Shown here: positions 1-9,699 of the stretch, piece after piece
Layout of the letters: the number at the start of each line of letters is the position of its first letter
How positions within the stretch are numbered: the stretch's first letter is position 1
Source of the DNA: Defluviicoccus sp.
Lineage (GTDB): Bacteria; Pseudomonadota; Alphaproteobacteria; MPNO01
NCBI GenBank assembly: GCA_022826125.1
Contig: JAJDVM010000264.1
Span: forward strand, 1,553-65,552
Reading direction: 5' to 3'
DNA: 64,000 bases
Notes under the pieces: model-generated
Databases searched by the model: none
What the model saw: the letters and a program-made list of their open reading frames with translations, nothing else
Told to the model about the DNA's origin: nothing
Program-made: the position numbers and the translations under genes

Positions 1-1842
1 GCGCAGCCACATGCCAGCCTCCACGAAGACGGCGCCGCGGCGTTGCGCCCAGCCATGGCTCGGCGTCAGGCGGGTGGGCCGGAATTCCCGGCCGCGCGAC
101 CGCCCGGCGAAGGCGGCGATCGGCACCGGGGTGTAGGGCGGGCGGAACATCGTCGTGCCGGTCCCGGCGATGCTGCTTCCGGTCTGCTCGGCCAGGACGG
201 CGAGCGCGCCGACATTCGCGGTCTTGCCCTGGTCGGTCGCCATGCCGAGCGTTGTGTAGCGCTTCACTAGCTCGACCGACCGGAAGCCTTCGCGGTGCGC
301 CTGCTCGATGTCCTTCACCGTCACGTCGTTTTGCAGGTCGAGCCATGCCCGGCCGCGGCTCTCGCGAACGTGCCAGAAGGGCACGATGTCGACCGCCTCG
401 TCGCTGGCGCCCGGCGGATCGCCCGCGGCGGCCCGAAACCCGAGCTCCCCGAGCGCTCCCACCGCCGCCCGGTGCCCCTCGGCGAGAGCGGCCGAGGCGG
501 TGAACGCGCCGCCGGCCGCCCCGGCGACGCTCATCCCGTGGGGGAGCCGGTTGCTGGGCACGAACGCGGCGATCTCCTCGCGCCAGATCGGCCTGCCGCC
601 GTGATGACAGGTCAGATGGACGTTGGGGTTCCAGCCGCCGGAGACCGCGAGGCAGTCCAGCGCCAGCCTTTCCCCGGTCGCCAGCGCGATCCCCGTCAGC
701 CCGTGGCGCCCCCGGGTCGCCGTCACGTGCGCGCCCGTCAGGATACGGGCACCCGGCACCGGGGCGACCGGATCGCGGTCCCGCACGTCGATCACCGCGG
801 CAACCGATACGCCCTTCCGGACGAGATCGGCGGCGGTTCGCCAGCCGTCGTCGTTGTTGGTGAACAGGCCGATGCGCCGGCCGGTGCCCACGGCGAAGCG
901 GTTGGCATAGGCGCGCACCGCCCCGGCCAGCATGATTCCCGGCCGGTCGTTGCCGCCGAAGGCGATCGGCCGTTCCGTGGCGCCGGCGCATAGCACCGTC
1001 CGCTTGCTGTATATCCGCCACAGGATCTGGCGCGGCTTGCCGCCGGCGTCGGCGAGGTGGTCGGTGCGGCGCTCCAGCGCGCCGTAGATGCCGTGGTCGT
1101 AAACCCCGAACACCGTGGTCCGTGTCATCCGCCGGACCCGGTCCATGGACGCGAGCTCGCCCGCCGCGCGGGCCGCCCAGTCGGCGCCGGGAAGGCCGTC
1201 GACCTCATGGGTCTCGGCGTTCAACCGGCCGCCCATGACGAAATCCTCGTCGGCGATAATGACCCGCGCGCCGCCGCGCCCGGCCGCCAGCGCGGCGGCG
1301 AGTCCCGCCGGACCCGCGCCCACGATCAGCAGGTCGCAATGGAGGAAACCCTTGTCGTAGCTGTCCGGATCCGCTTGGCCCGACAGGCGGCCGAGCCCGG
1401 CGGAAGCCCGGATGGCCGGTTCGTAGACCCGCTCCCAGAACGATTTTGGCCACATGAAGGTCTTGTAGTAGAAGCCGGGCGACAGGAACGGGGCGAGCAA
1501 ATCGTTGATCGCGAGCAGGTCGCGGCGCAGCGAGCCACGATGGTTCTGGCTCCGGGCCTCCAGCCCGTCGAACAGCTCGGCGACGGTCGCGCGCGTGTTG
1601 GGCTCCCGGGAGGCGCCGCTCCGCAGCTCGACCAGCGCGTTGGGCTCCTCCGAGCCGGCGGCGAAGATGCCGCGGGGCCGGTGGTACTTGAAGCTCCGGC
1701 CGACCAGCCGGATCCCGTTGGCGAGCAGCGCCGAGGCCAGGGTGTCGCCGGGATGGCCGGCGAGGGGGCGGCCGTCGAAGCGGAAGGCGAGGCTGCGGCC
1801 GCGGTCGACCGCGCCGCCGTCGAGCCGGAACCCGCCGCTCAC
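1..1842 (-). CDS. soxA: sarcosine oxidase alpha subunit (N-terminal ~614 codons; runs off the window start)
   Basis: My own reverse translation from GTG at 1842 reads VSGGFRLDGGAVDRGRSLAFRFDGRPLAGHPGDTLASALLANGIRLVGRSFKYH..., followed later by the dinucleotide-binding motif LIVGAGPAGLAAALAA. The frame stays open to position 1. The start overlaps the soxD stop (GTGA). It is absent from the ORF track because there is no stop codon inside the window. Confidence 0.85.
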   Translation of the reverse strand, partial: MSGGFRLDGGAVDRGRSLAFRFDGRPLAGHPGDTLASALLANGIRLVGRSFKYHRPRGIFAAGSEEPNALVELRSGASREPNTRATVAELFDGLEARSQNHRGSLRRDLLAINDLLAPFLSPGFYYKTFMWPKSFWERVYEPAIRASAGLGRLSGQADPDSYDKGFLHCDLLIVGAGPAGLAAALAAGRGGARVIIADEDFVMGGRLNAETHEVDGLPGADWAARAAGELASMDRVRRMTRTTVFGVYDHGIYGALERRTDHLADAGGKPRQILWRIYSKRTVLCAGATERPIAFGGNDRPGIMLAGAVRAYANRFAVGTGRRIGLFTNNDDGWRTAADLVRKGVSVAAVIDVRDRDPVAPVPGARILTGAHVTATRGRHGLTGIALATGERLALDCLAVSGGWNPNVHLTCHHGGRPIWREEIAAFVPSNRLPHGMSVAGAAGGAFTASAALAEGHRAAVGALGELGFRAAAGDPPGASDEAVDIVPFWHVRESRGRAWLDLQNDVTVKDIEQAHREGFRSVELVKRYTTLGMATDQGKTANVGALAVLAEQTGSSIAGTGTTMFRPPYTPVPIAAFAGRSRGREFRPTRLTPSHGWAQRRGAVFVEAGMWLR

Positions 1843-2126
1843 CGGCCGCGCCCCCGCGCCAGCGCGACGTCGCGCGCCAGTTCGACCCGGAGGATCTCGT
1901 GGGTCCGGGTGTCACGGGTCACCACCAGCCAGGACCGGTCGCCCTGTTCGTGGAACCACAGCTCCCGGTGCTCGCCGGCCGGGTTGTCGCGCAGATGCAG
2001 GTATTCGTGGAAGCGCGCCGCCGCATCCTCCGCCTGCCAGTCGGGCCGGTCGATCAGCCCGGCATCGCCGAGATAGACGAACTCCGCGGCGTCGCGCGGG
2101 CCAAGCAGCGGATGGTCGATGATCAC
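1839..2126 (-). CDS. soxD: sarcosine oxidase delta subunit
   Basis: A 95-codon frame forms the tail of track ORF 1839..2873, with GTG at 2126. The sequence ...IIDHPLLGPRDAAEFVYLGDAGLIDRPDW...LHLRDNPAGEHRELWFHEQGDRSWLVVTRDTRTHEI matches the small delta subunit of heterotetrameric sarcosine oxidase. The gene lies between soxB and soxA. Confidence 0.8.
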   Translation of the reverse strand: MIIDHPLLGPRDAAEFVYLGDAGLIDRPDWQAEDAAARFHEYLHLRDNPAGEHRELWFHEQGDRSWLVVTRDTRTHEILRVELARDVALARGRGR

Positions 2127-2137
2127 GCCGGTCTCGC

Positions 2138-3388
2138 CTAATGCAGGTTCGGCTGGGCGCCGGCGCCGTTCTCGTCGATCGTGGCGCCGGTCGCGAAACG
2201 GTCCAGCCGCATCGCCGCCGCGACCGGGTGCGGCGCGCCGGTCGCGATCAGATGGGCGAGGCAGTAGCCGCCCGCCGGGACCGCCTTGAAGCCGCCATAG
2301 TTCCAGCCGCCGTTGAAATAGAGCCCCTCGACCGGCGTTCTGTCGATGAAGGGCGAGCCGTCCATCGACATGTCGACCACCCCGCCCCACATCCGCAGCA
2401 CCCGCGCCCTGCCGATCGTCGGCATGAGCGCCATGCCGCCCTCGCAGACATCCTCGATCGTCGGCAAGTTCCCCCGCTGGGCGTATGAGTTGTAGCCGTC
2501 GATATCGCCGCCGAAAACCAGCCCGCCCTTGTCCGACTGGGAGATGTAGAAGTGACCGCCGCCGAAGGTGATCACCCCCGGAATGACGGGTTTGAGCCCT
2601 TCGGTCACGCAGGCCTGCATGACGTGGCTTTCGATCGGCAGGCGCAGCCCGGCGAGGTTCATCAGGCGGCTGGACGAGCCGGCGACGCAGACCGCCACCT
2701 TGCCGGCGCCGATGGTCCCGCGCGCGGTCTCGACGCCGCGACACGCCCCGTCGCGGATATCGAAGCCGGTGACTTCGCAGTTCTGGATCAGGTCGACGCC
2801 GCGCCGGTCGGCGCCGCGGGCATAGCCCCAGGCGACCGCATCGTGGCGCACCGTGCCGCCGCGCGGCTGCCACAGCCCGCCCTTGATGGGGAAGCGCTCG
2901 TTATCGAAGTCGAGGAAAGGGCATTTCCGTCGCAGCGCCTCGCGGTCGAGCAGGACCGCATCGGCCCCGGCCAGGATCATGGCGTTGCCGCGCCGGACGG
3001 CGGCGTCGCGCTGGGGATCGCTGTGGAACAGGTTGACGATCCCCCGCTGCGAGACCATGACGTTGTAGTTGAGTTCCTGCTCCAGCCCCTCCCACAGCTT
3101 CATCGACAGCTCGTAAAACGGCTCGTTGCCCGGCAGCAGGTAGTTGGAGCGGACGATCGTCGTGTTGCGGCCGATATTGCCGGAGCCGAGCCAGCCTTTT
3201 TCCAGCACCGCGACATCGGTCAGCCCGTGCATTTTCGCCAGGTAGTAGGCGGTGGCGATCCCGTGCCCGCCGCCGCCCACGATGACGATGTCGTAACGCG
3301 GTTTCGGATCGGGCTCGCGCCAGACCGGCTTCCAGCCGCGATTGCCGGTCAGGCCCTGCTTGATGATTTGCGATACCGAATAGCGCAT
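2138..3388 (-). CDS. soxB: sarcosine oxidase beta subunit
   Basis: 416 aa. The N-terminus MRYSVSQIIKQGLTGNRGWKPVW and the FAD-binding motif VIVGGGGHGIATAYYLA are typical of SoxB. ATG at 3388. Confidence 0.95.
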   Translation of the reverse strand: MRYSVSQIIKQGLTGNRGWKPVWREPDPKPRYDIVIVGGGGHGIATAYYLAKMHGLTDVAVLEKGWLGSGNIGRNTTIVRSNYLLPGNEPFYELSMKLWEGLEQELNYNVMVSQRGIVNLFHSDPQRDAAVRRGNAMILAGADAVLLDREALRRKCPFLDFDNERFPIKGGLWQPRGGTVRHDAVAWGYARGADRRGVDLIQNCEVTGFDIRDGACRGVETARGTIGAGKVAVCVAGSSSRLMNLAGLRLPIESHVMQACVTEGLKPVIPGVITFGGGHFYISQSDKGGLVFGGDIDGYNSYAQRGNLPTIEDVCEGGMALMPTIGRARVLRMWGGVVDMSMDGSPFIDRTPVEGLYFNGGWNYGGFKAVPAGGYCLAHLIATGAPHPVAAAMRLDRFATGATIDENGAGAQPNLH

Positions 3389-3474
3389 GACGTCCTCGAT
3401 CCAACGCCCGATCGGTACGCCGGTTGCCGCCCGGATGCTTTCCTGTGAAGGACATGTTCTTCTATATTCAAGCC

Positions 3475-4458
3475 ATGACCGAGCCGGCGTTCGCCAGCCG
3501 CCGCATCGCCTTCGTTCTGGTGGAGGGCTTCGCCCTGATGTCCTTCGCGGCGGTGACCGAACCTCTGCGCGCGGCCAATCTGCTGGCCGGCAGACGGATA
3601 TACGAAGTCCTCAACTTCGCCGCCGGGCCGAAGTCGCCGGAGATGCTGACCAGCTCGTCCGCGGCTTCGGTCGCTGTCGCCGGGCTCGGGGAATCGACCG
3701 GCGCGTACGACCTCGCGTTCGTCGTCGCCGGCGGCGACCCGGTCGGCTTTCGCGACGGCCGGCTGTTTCAATGGCTGCGACGCCAGGCCCGGCACGGCTG
3801 CATTCTGGGAGGGGTCTCGGGCGGGCCCGCGGTTCTCGCCAATGCCGGCGTCATGGAAAACCGGCGGATGACGCTCCACTGGGAACACGCCGCGGCCGTG
3901 GCCGAGCGCCACCCCGGCCTCCTCCTGGAGCGCACATTGTATGTCGTGGACCGGGACCGCATCACCTGCGCCGGCGGGACGGCGCCGCTGGACATGATGC
4001 ATGCCCTGATCGCCGAGCATCACGGCGCGGACTTCGCCCGGAAGGTCAGCGACTGGTTCATGCACACCGATGTGCGGCCCGCCGGCGGTCCGCAGCGGGC
4101 CGGGCTCGCGGAGCGCTACGGCACCAACCGCCGCGCCGTGCTGGCCGCGATCGAGGCGATGGAAAATCACATTGCCGATCCGCTGACGCTGGCCGATCTC
4201 GGCCGGATCGTCGGCGTGAGCGCGCGTCACCTGAACCGGCAGTTCGGCGCCGGGCTGGGCCGCAGCGCGGCGGCGTTCTATCGCGACCTGCGCCTGGAAA
4301 AATCCCGCGAGCTCCTGCGCCAGACCGACCTGCCGGTCCTCGAGATCGCGATCGCCACGGGCTTCTCCGGCGCCGCCCATTTCGCCACCGCCTACCGGAG
4401 GCGCTTCGGCGAAGCACCGTCGCGCCATCGCCTCGAAGCGCCGCTCAGGCGCCGATAG
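3475..4458 (+). CDS. GlxA-family transcriptional regulator (DJ-1/PfpI-like domain + AraC HTH)
   Basis: The C-terminal AraC-type HTH reads HLNRQFGAGLGRSAAAFYRDLRLEKSRELLRQTDLPVLEIAIATGFSGAAHFATAYRRRFGEAPS, and the N-terminal half looks amidotransferase-like. I chose ATG 3475 (MTEPAFASRRIAFVLVEGF) over the track's upstream alternative start. The gene is divergent from soxB. Confidence 0.85.
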   Translation: MTEPAFASRRIAFVLVEGFALMSFAAVTEPLRAANLLAGRRIYEVLNFAAGPKSPEMLTSSSAASVAVAGLGESTGAYDLAFVVAGGDPVGFRDGRLFQWLRRQARHGCILGGVSGGPAVLANAGVMENRRMTLHWEHAAAVAERHPGLLLERTLYVVDRDRITCAGGTAPLDMMHALIAEHHGADFARKVSDWFMHTDVRPAGGPQRAGLAERYGTNRRAVLAAIEAMENHIADPLTLADLGRIVGVSARHLNRQFGAGLGRSAAAFYRDLRLEKSRELLRQTDLPVLEIAIATGFSGAAHFATAYRRRFGEAPSRHRLEAPLRRR

Positions 4459-4475
4459 CCCTCGGCGGAGGCGCT

Positions 4476-5402
4476 TCAGCCCAGCGCCTGCCGCGCGAGG
4501 AACGACTCGAGCGCCGCGTGGCAGGCGTCCGGGCGTTCGATCTGGAGCAGGTGGCTGGTGTTTTCGATCGGCGTCCACTCGACGCCATGGTCTTCCTTCA
4601 TCGCCCGGCCGACCTTGCCCGGCGCCAGCGCGTGGGGTGCGTCGGGATCCGACGAGATGAAGACGAGCGGTCCCCTGAGCTCGCCCAGGCGCGGGCAGAG
4701 GTCGAGCCCGGCATTGGTGCGGTAGACCCGGGATTCCCCCTCGCGCGGGCAGCACAGAACGTACTCGCCGGTCTCCGGGTCCTCGCGGGTGATCGATCGC
4801 GCCATCAGCGCATGCCCGCCCTCGACCCAGCGCGCGAGACTCTTCGACCGGGCGAAACCGGCGGCGAGCGCCATCGCATCCGGGAAGCGGTCGGGCCGGG
4901 ACGCCGCCCAGTCGGCGAGGCCGAGCTCGAAGGTCCGCGCGACCTCGTGCGCCCGGTGGCCGGGCGAGGGGATCAGCGGCGGGTCGAACAGCGCCAACGC
5001 GTCCCATTTCCAGCCATGCTCCAGCGCATGCCATATGGCCGTCACCGCCGAGATCGAGTGGAACACGCCGACCGTCGGCTTCGGGCCGAAACGGTCCGGG
5101 ATGAGGCCGACCAGCCGGTCCATGTCGGCGACGAAGGCGGGAACGTCGTGGCGGTCCGCGTCGTGGCGCGGGTTGCGGCCGTGATTGCGCTGGTCGTAGA
5201 TCGCGAGATCGTAGCGCTCGGTCAGCAGGCGCCAGAACGGGTAATAGGCGTCGATGGCGAACCCGTTGCCGTGCGCCATCACCAGCCTGGGCCCGTCCGG
5301 GTTGCCGTGGCGGCGCACCCGGATGACGGCGCCGTCGTCCATTTCGGCGTCGAAGCTCTCCGAGGGCTCCGGGACACGGAAGATGTCGGGCGGCGGGTTC
5401 AT
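4476..5402 (-). CDS. alpha/beta hydrolase
   Basis: 308 aa from ATG 5402, forming the tail of track ORF 4476..6110. Motifs: VMAHGNGFAIDAYYPFW, nucleophile elbow GVFHSISA, and C-terminal ENTSHLLQIERP. Confidence 0.8.
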   Translation of the reverse strand: MNPPPDIFRVPEPSESFDAEMDDGAVIRVRRHGNPDGPRLVMAHGNGFAIDAYYPFWRLLTERYDLAIYDQRNHGRNPRHDADRHDVPAFVADMDRLVGLIPDRFGPKPTVGVFHSISAVTAIWHALEHGWKWDALALFDPPLIPSPGHRAHEVARTFELGLADWAASRPDRFPDAMALAAGFARSKSLARWVEGGHALMARSITREDPETGEYVLCCPREGESRVYRTNAGLDLCPRLGELRGPLVFISSDPDAPHALAPGKVGRAMKEDHGVEWTPIENTSHLLQIERPDACHAALESFLARQALG

Positions 5403-6334
5403 GCCACGACTCCGTTCCTCGAGAGGAAATCTTCCACCAAGGCGAAGCACCGCTCCGGCTCTTCGAGCTGCAGCAGGTGGCTGGTGTCGGGCACGCAGGC
5501 GTACTCGATCCCGAAGGTCTCGCTGTACAGCCTGCAACAGGACGCGGTCTTCGACGTGCCGTCGGCCTCCGGGTCGGCGCCCACGATCATCAGCGGACGC
5601 TCCGGCGGGTGGGGTTTCCGCCAGATCGGCAGCTCGCCCACCTCGACATAGAGGCCGGCCTCGACCGGGCCCGGACAGGAGAGCAGCCATTCCCCCGAGG
5701 CCGGATCGAAGCGCAGCGTCGAGCGCGCGTTGAGCTCCGGCACCCCTTTCCGCAGGCGGCGGAACCGGTGCAGGTACCGGAACACGTCGGCAAGCTCGTC
5801 CGGGTCGGGGAACCGGTTCTTGCGGATCAGGGCGGCGTCGCGCAGCACCCCGCCGTCGGTCAGCAGCTCGTCGTGCAGCGGATTGCCTTGCGGCGGGACC
5901 ACCGGCGGGTCGAACAGCACCAGCGCGTCCCAGTGCCAGACGCCGTCCGTGACCGCGAGGAGCGCCGCGATCGCCGACATCGAATGGAAGATGCCGATGG
6001 TGGTCTTCTTGCCCCACTCTTCCGCGATGGCGCCGTGCACCGCCACGTTGTCGCGCGCGAAGCGGCGATAGCCGTGCGGCTCGGCCGCGTGGAACGGGTT
6101 GCGCCCGCAATTACGGAAATCGAACAGGCAGAGGTCGAACCGGTCCAGCATCGGGCGCCAGAACGGAAAGTAGCTGTCGCTCGCGAAGCCGTTGCCGTGG
6201 CTCAGCACGACGCGCGGCCCGGTCGGGTTGCCGTGGCGCACCACCCGGATCGGCGCACCGTCGTCCATCGCGAGGTCGAGGGTCGCGGACGGCTCGGGCA
6301 GGACGAACACGTCCGTTTCCCGCCGAGCCTCCAC
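5399..6334 (-). CDS. alpha/beta hydrolase (paralogue of 4476..5402)
   Basis: Tail of track ORF 5399..7048. It shares motifs with the downstream copy (VLSHGNGFASDSYFPFW, GIFHSMSA, PDTSHLLQLEEP). The start is uncertain, either GTG 6334 or GTG 6310. Its stop overlaps the ATG of the downstream paralogue (ATGA). Confidence 0.75.
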   Translation of the reverse strand: MEARRETDVFVLPEPSATLDLAMDDGAPIRVVRHGNPTGPRVVLSHGNGFASDSYFPFWRPMLDRFDLCLFDFRNCGRNPFHAAEPHGYRRFARDNVAVHGAIAEEWGKKTTIGIFHSMSAIAALLAVTDGVWHWDALVLFDPPVVPPQGNPLHDELLTDGGVLRDAALIRKNRFPDPDELADVFRYLHRFRRLRKGVPELNARSTLRFDPASGEWLLSCPGPVEAGLYVEVGELPIWRKPHPPERPLMIVGADPEADGTSKTASCCRLYSETFGIEYACVPDTSHLLQLEEPERCFALVEDFLSRNGVVA

Positions 6335-6354
6335 GCCGGAACAGGGCGGGGTCG

Positions 6355-8694
6355 TCACCCGCCGCCGTTCCCGGCCGCGGCGATGGCGGCGAGCAGCCGG
6401 CGCGGGGTGACCGGGCATTCGGAGATCTCGACCCCGAGCGGCGCGAGCGCGTCGTTGATCGCGTTGGCGATCGCCGCCGGCGGGCCGATCGCGCCGCCCT
6501 CGCCGATCCCCTTCTGCCCGAAGGTGGTGTAGGGCGACGGGGTTTCCATGTGATCGACCCGGATCGACGGGATCTCGGTCGGCCCCGGCAGCAGGTAGTC
6601 GGCGAGCGTCGGCGCGAGCGGCTGGCCGTCGTCGGCGTAGGGCATCTCCTCGTAGAGCGCGGTGCCGATCCCCTGGCCGGTGCCGCCATGGACCTGGCCG
6701 TCGACGATCATCGGGTTGACCAGCACCCCGCCGTCCTCGCAGACGACGTAATCGACGATCTCCACCTCGCCCGTCGCGGTGTCGACGGCGACGATCGCGG
6801 CGTGGCAGGCATAGCTGAACGTGCCGGAGTCGCGCTCGGGCTTGTAGCCGCCGATCACCTCCAGCCCCTGGCGGTCGACGTCGTCGGTGAGATCCTGCGG
6901 GCGCAGGTACCAGGTGCGGCCGACCTCCTCCAGCGTGACGCTGCCCGACGGGCCGGCCACCTTTCCGTCCTCCAGCCGCACCGATTCGGGATCGACCTGC
7001 AGCAGCCCCGCGCCGATCCGGCGGATGCGCTCGGCGAGCATCCTGCACGCTTCCGCCGACGCGCCGCCCGCCATGATCATGCAGCGCGAGCCCCAGGTGC
7101 CGGTCGAATAGGGGGTGTAGGCGGTATCGCCCAGCACCACCCGCACGTCGTCGGTGTCGATGCCGAGGATCTCGTGCGCCACCTGGGCGAGCGTTGTCTC
7201 GAGCCCCTGGCCGTGGCTGTGGACGCCGACGCGGAGCTCCAGCGCGCCATCCGGCGTGAGCCGCGCCGCCGCCTGCTCGAAGCCCGGGATCATCGGGATG
7301 CCCCAGCCCGAATAGACCGCCGTGCCGTGCCCGGCCTGCTCGCAGAAGATCGAGAAGCCGACGCCCACGCGCCGCCCGTCAGGCTCGCCCTGCGCCTGCC
7401 GCGCGCGCACGCCCGCGACGTCGATCGCCTCGGCGGTGCGGCGGATGCTCTCCGGATAGTCGCCGCTGTCGTAGTGCTTGGCGGTGATGTTGTCGAACGG
7501 CATCCGCTCGGGTCCGATCAGGCTGTCGAGCCGGACCTCGTGCGGCTCGCGCCCGACCTCGCGCGCGATGGCGTCGATCACCAGTTCGAGCGCGAAGCAG
7601 ACGCCCGGCCGCGCGACGCCCCGGAAGGGGAGGATCGGCGGCTTGTTGGAGGCGATCGACCAGGTCCTGCACTGGAACGCGTCCATCAGGTAGGGCCCGG
7701 GCAGGATGGATGCGACCTGGGCCGCCTCCAGGCAGGCCGAGAACGGGTAGGCCGAATAGGCGCCGGCATCGACCGTCGCCTCGGCGTCGATCGCGAGCAG
7801 CCTGCCGTCCGCGTCGGCGTAACCAGTGACGATATAGTGGTGCTCGCGGCAGTTGGCGTTGGCGGTCAGATGCTCCCGCCGGTCCTCCAGCCAGCGCACC
7901 GGGCGTTCGAGGCGTTTCGCGAGCCAGGCGATGCAGACCTCCTCCGGCGCCAGGATCCCCTTGTAGCCGAACCCGCCGCCGACGTCGGGCGCGATCACCC
8001 GGATGCTGGCGAGGTCCATGTCGAGGCATTCGGCGAGCCCGTTGCGGACGATGTGCGGGAGCTGGGCCGCCGAGGTCACGGTGAGCTGGCGCAGCCTCGG
8101 GTCCCATTCGGCGAGCACGCCCTTGCCCTCGATCGGCGCCATGCACTGGCGCGCGGTGCGCACCTCGCGCGTCACCTTGACCGCGGCGCGGGCGGCGACC
8201 GCCTCGATGTCGTCCTCGACGACGGTCTCCAGGAAGACGTTGTCGCCCCAGTGCTCGTGGATCAGCGGCGCGTCGGCGTCGCGGGCGGTCAGCATGTCGG
8301 AGACCGCCGGCAGGATCTCGAAATCGACCGCCACGCTGTCGGCCATGTCCTCCGCCTCGGCCCGGCTGTCCGCGACGCAGATCGCGATCGTCTCGCCCAC
8401 CTGGCGCACCTTTTCCGACGCCAGCACCGGCTGGGACGAGGGCTTGAACCCCGGCAGCGCCGAGACCGCGCGGATCGGCTTGACGCCCGCCATGTCGGCA
8501 TGGGTGAAGACACGCGACCGGATGTCGTCCGGGATGTCGATGCCCCTGATGAGGGCGTGCGCGACGGGGCTCCGGACGAAGGCGGCTTCGAGCTGGCCGG
8601 CGAGGCCGAAATCGCCGACGAAGCGGCCGCGGCCGCGCATCAGCCGGTCGTCCTCCTTGCGGGCGATCGACGCGCCAACCCCCTGATTTGCCAT
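6355..8694 (-). CDS. xanthine dehydrogenase/aldehyde oxidase/CoxL-family molybdopterin-binding subunit
   Basis: 779 aa. The N-terminus MANQGVGASIARKEDDRLMRGRGRFVGDF is typical of this family, and the ORF is long and uninterrupted. Confidence 0.9.
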   Translation of the reverse strand: MANQGVGASIARKEDDRLMRGRGRFVGDFGLAGQLEAAFVRSPVAHALIRGIDIPDDIRSRVFTHADMAGVKPIRAVSALPGFKPSSQPVLASEKVRQVGETIAICVADSRAEAEDMADSVAVDFEILPAVSDMLTARDADAPLIHEHWGDNVFLETVVEDDIEAVAARAAVKVTREVRTARQCMAPIEGKGVLAEWDPRLRQLTVTSAAQLPHIVRNGLAECLDMDLASIRVIAPDVGGGFGYKGILAPEEVCIAWLAKRLERPVRWLEDRREHLTANANCREHHYIVTGYADADGRLLAIDAEATVDAGAYSAYPFSACLEAAQVASILPGPYLMDAFQCRTWSIASNKPPILPFRGVARPGVCFALELVIDAIAREVGREPHEVRLDSLIGPERMPFDNITAKHYDSGDYPESIRRTAEAIDVAGVRARQAQGEPDGRRVGVGFSIFCEQAGHGTAVYSGWGIPMIPGFEQAAARLTPDGALELRVGVHSHGQGLETTLAQVAHEILGIDTDDVRVVLGDTAYTPYSTGTWGSRCMIMAGGASAEACRMLAERIRRIGAGLLQVDPESVRLEDGKVAGPSGSVTLEEVGRTWYLRPQDLTDDVDRQGLEVIGGYKPERDSGTFSYACHAAIVAVDTATGEVEIVDYVVCEDGGVLVNPMIVDGQVHGGTGQGIGTALYEEMPYADDGQPLAPTLADYLLPGPTEIPSIRVDHMETPSPYTTFGQKGIGEGGAIGPPAAIANAINDALAPLGVEISECPVTPRRLLAAIAAAGNGGG

Positions 8695-8771
8695 GCCCCG
8701 CCTTCCCCGAGCCGCTATGGTGCGCGGCGGGTCTTATAGCACAGGGCGCCTCGCGGCGCGGGAGAGGGGCG

Positions 8772-9659
8772 ATGGCGAAGACGGTCGGAATCGTGGGTCT
8801 GGGCCGGATGGGCTCGGCGATGGCGGGGAACCTGATCGAGGCCGGTTTCGAGGTGGTCGGGCGCGATACCGACGAGGCGCGCGCCGACGCGCTGGCGGCG
8901 ATGGGCGGCAAGGTCGCGGAGAGCCCGTGCGCGGTGGCCGAGGCCGCGGACTGCGTGATGACGTCGCTTCCCAGCGTCGCCGCCTTCGAGGCGGTGACCG
9001 CGGGCGCGGACGGGCTCGCGGCGGCGAACAAGCCCGGCCTCGTCGCCTTCGATACTTCGACGCTCCCCATCGCGGTCAAGGAGGCGGGGCGGAAGGCGCT
9101 TGCGGAGGCCGGCGGAGTCCTGCTCGATACGCCGCTCAGCGGCACCGGCGCGCAAGCCATGACGAGGGACCTCGTGGTCTATGCCAGCGGCGACACGGCG
9201 GCCATCGCGAGCCTGACCGACGTGTTCGAGGGGTTCTCCCGCGCCCATTACGACCTCGGCGCGTTCGGCAACGGCAGCCGGATGAAGTTCGTCGCCAACC
9301 TGCTGGTCGCGATCCACAACGTCGCAACCGGCGAGGCCTTCGCGCTCGGCATCAAGGCCGGGCTCGACCCTGAGACGATCTACGAGGTGATCTCCAACAG
9401 CGCCGCCACCTCCCGCATCTTCGAGGTGCGCGGGCCCCAGATGGTCGCCGGCGACTACTCCAAGGCGTCCGCGTCGATCGACATGCAGCTCAAGGACATG
9501 AAGGTCATCGGCGACTTCCTGGCGGAGACGGGCTGCGCCGCCCCCTGCTTCGCGGCCTCGGGGCAGATCTACAACGCGGCGCTCGCGCAGGGGCGGGTGG
9601 CGGAGGACACGGCGTCGGTGTGCGCGGTGCTGGAGGGGATGGCGGGGGTGGAGAGGTAG
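8772..9659 (+). CDS. NAD(P)-dependent oxidoreductase, 3-hydroxyisobutyrate dehydrogenase family
   Basis: Rossmann motif MAKTVGIVGLGRMGSAMAGNL. GGAGAGG lies just upstream of ATG 8772. I preferred the internal ATG to the track start at 8688. Confidence 0.85.
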   Translation: MAKTVGIVGLGRMGSAMAGNLIEAGFEVVGRDTDEARADALAAMGGKVAESPCAVAEAADCVMTSLPSVAAFEAVTAGADGLAAANKPGLVAFDTSTLPIAVKEAGRKALAEAGGVLLDTPLSGTGAQAMTRDLVVYASGDTAAIASLTDVFEGFSRAHYDLGAFGNGSRMKFVANLLVAIHNVATGEAFALGIKAGLDPETIYEVISNSAATSRIFEVRGPQMVAGDYSKASASIDMQLKDMKVIGDFLAETGCAAPCFAASGQIYNAALAQGRVAEDTASVCAVLEGMAGVER

Positions 9660-9699
9660 GGGGTAAATACAATCCACCCCCCGCCATCAGCAGTCTCTC

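Noticed and set aside
3349-5651. Track ORFs 3349..5034 (-, 561 aa) and 3387..5651 (+, 754 aa) that span the regulator and hydrolase genes
   Set aside because: They show low-complexity Arg/Pro/Gly-rich translations. They cross two well-supported genes on opposite strands. No start-site support.
9661-9684. GGGGGT-N11-ACCCCC stem-loop after the dehydrogenase stop, considered as a terminator or an islet end
   Set aside because: The stem is only 6 bp, the loop is 11 nt, and there is no T-tract. It lies outside the direct repeat, so it is probably not part of the insertion.
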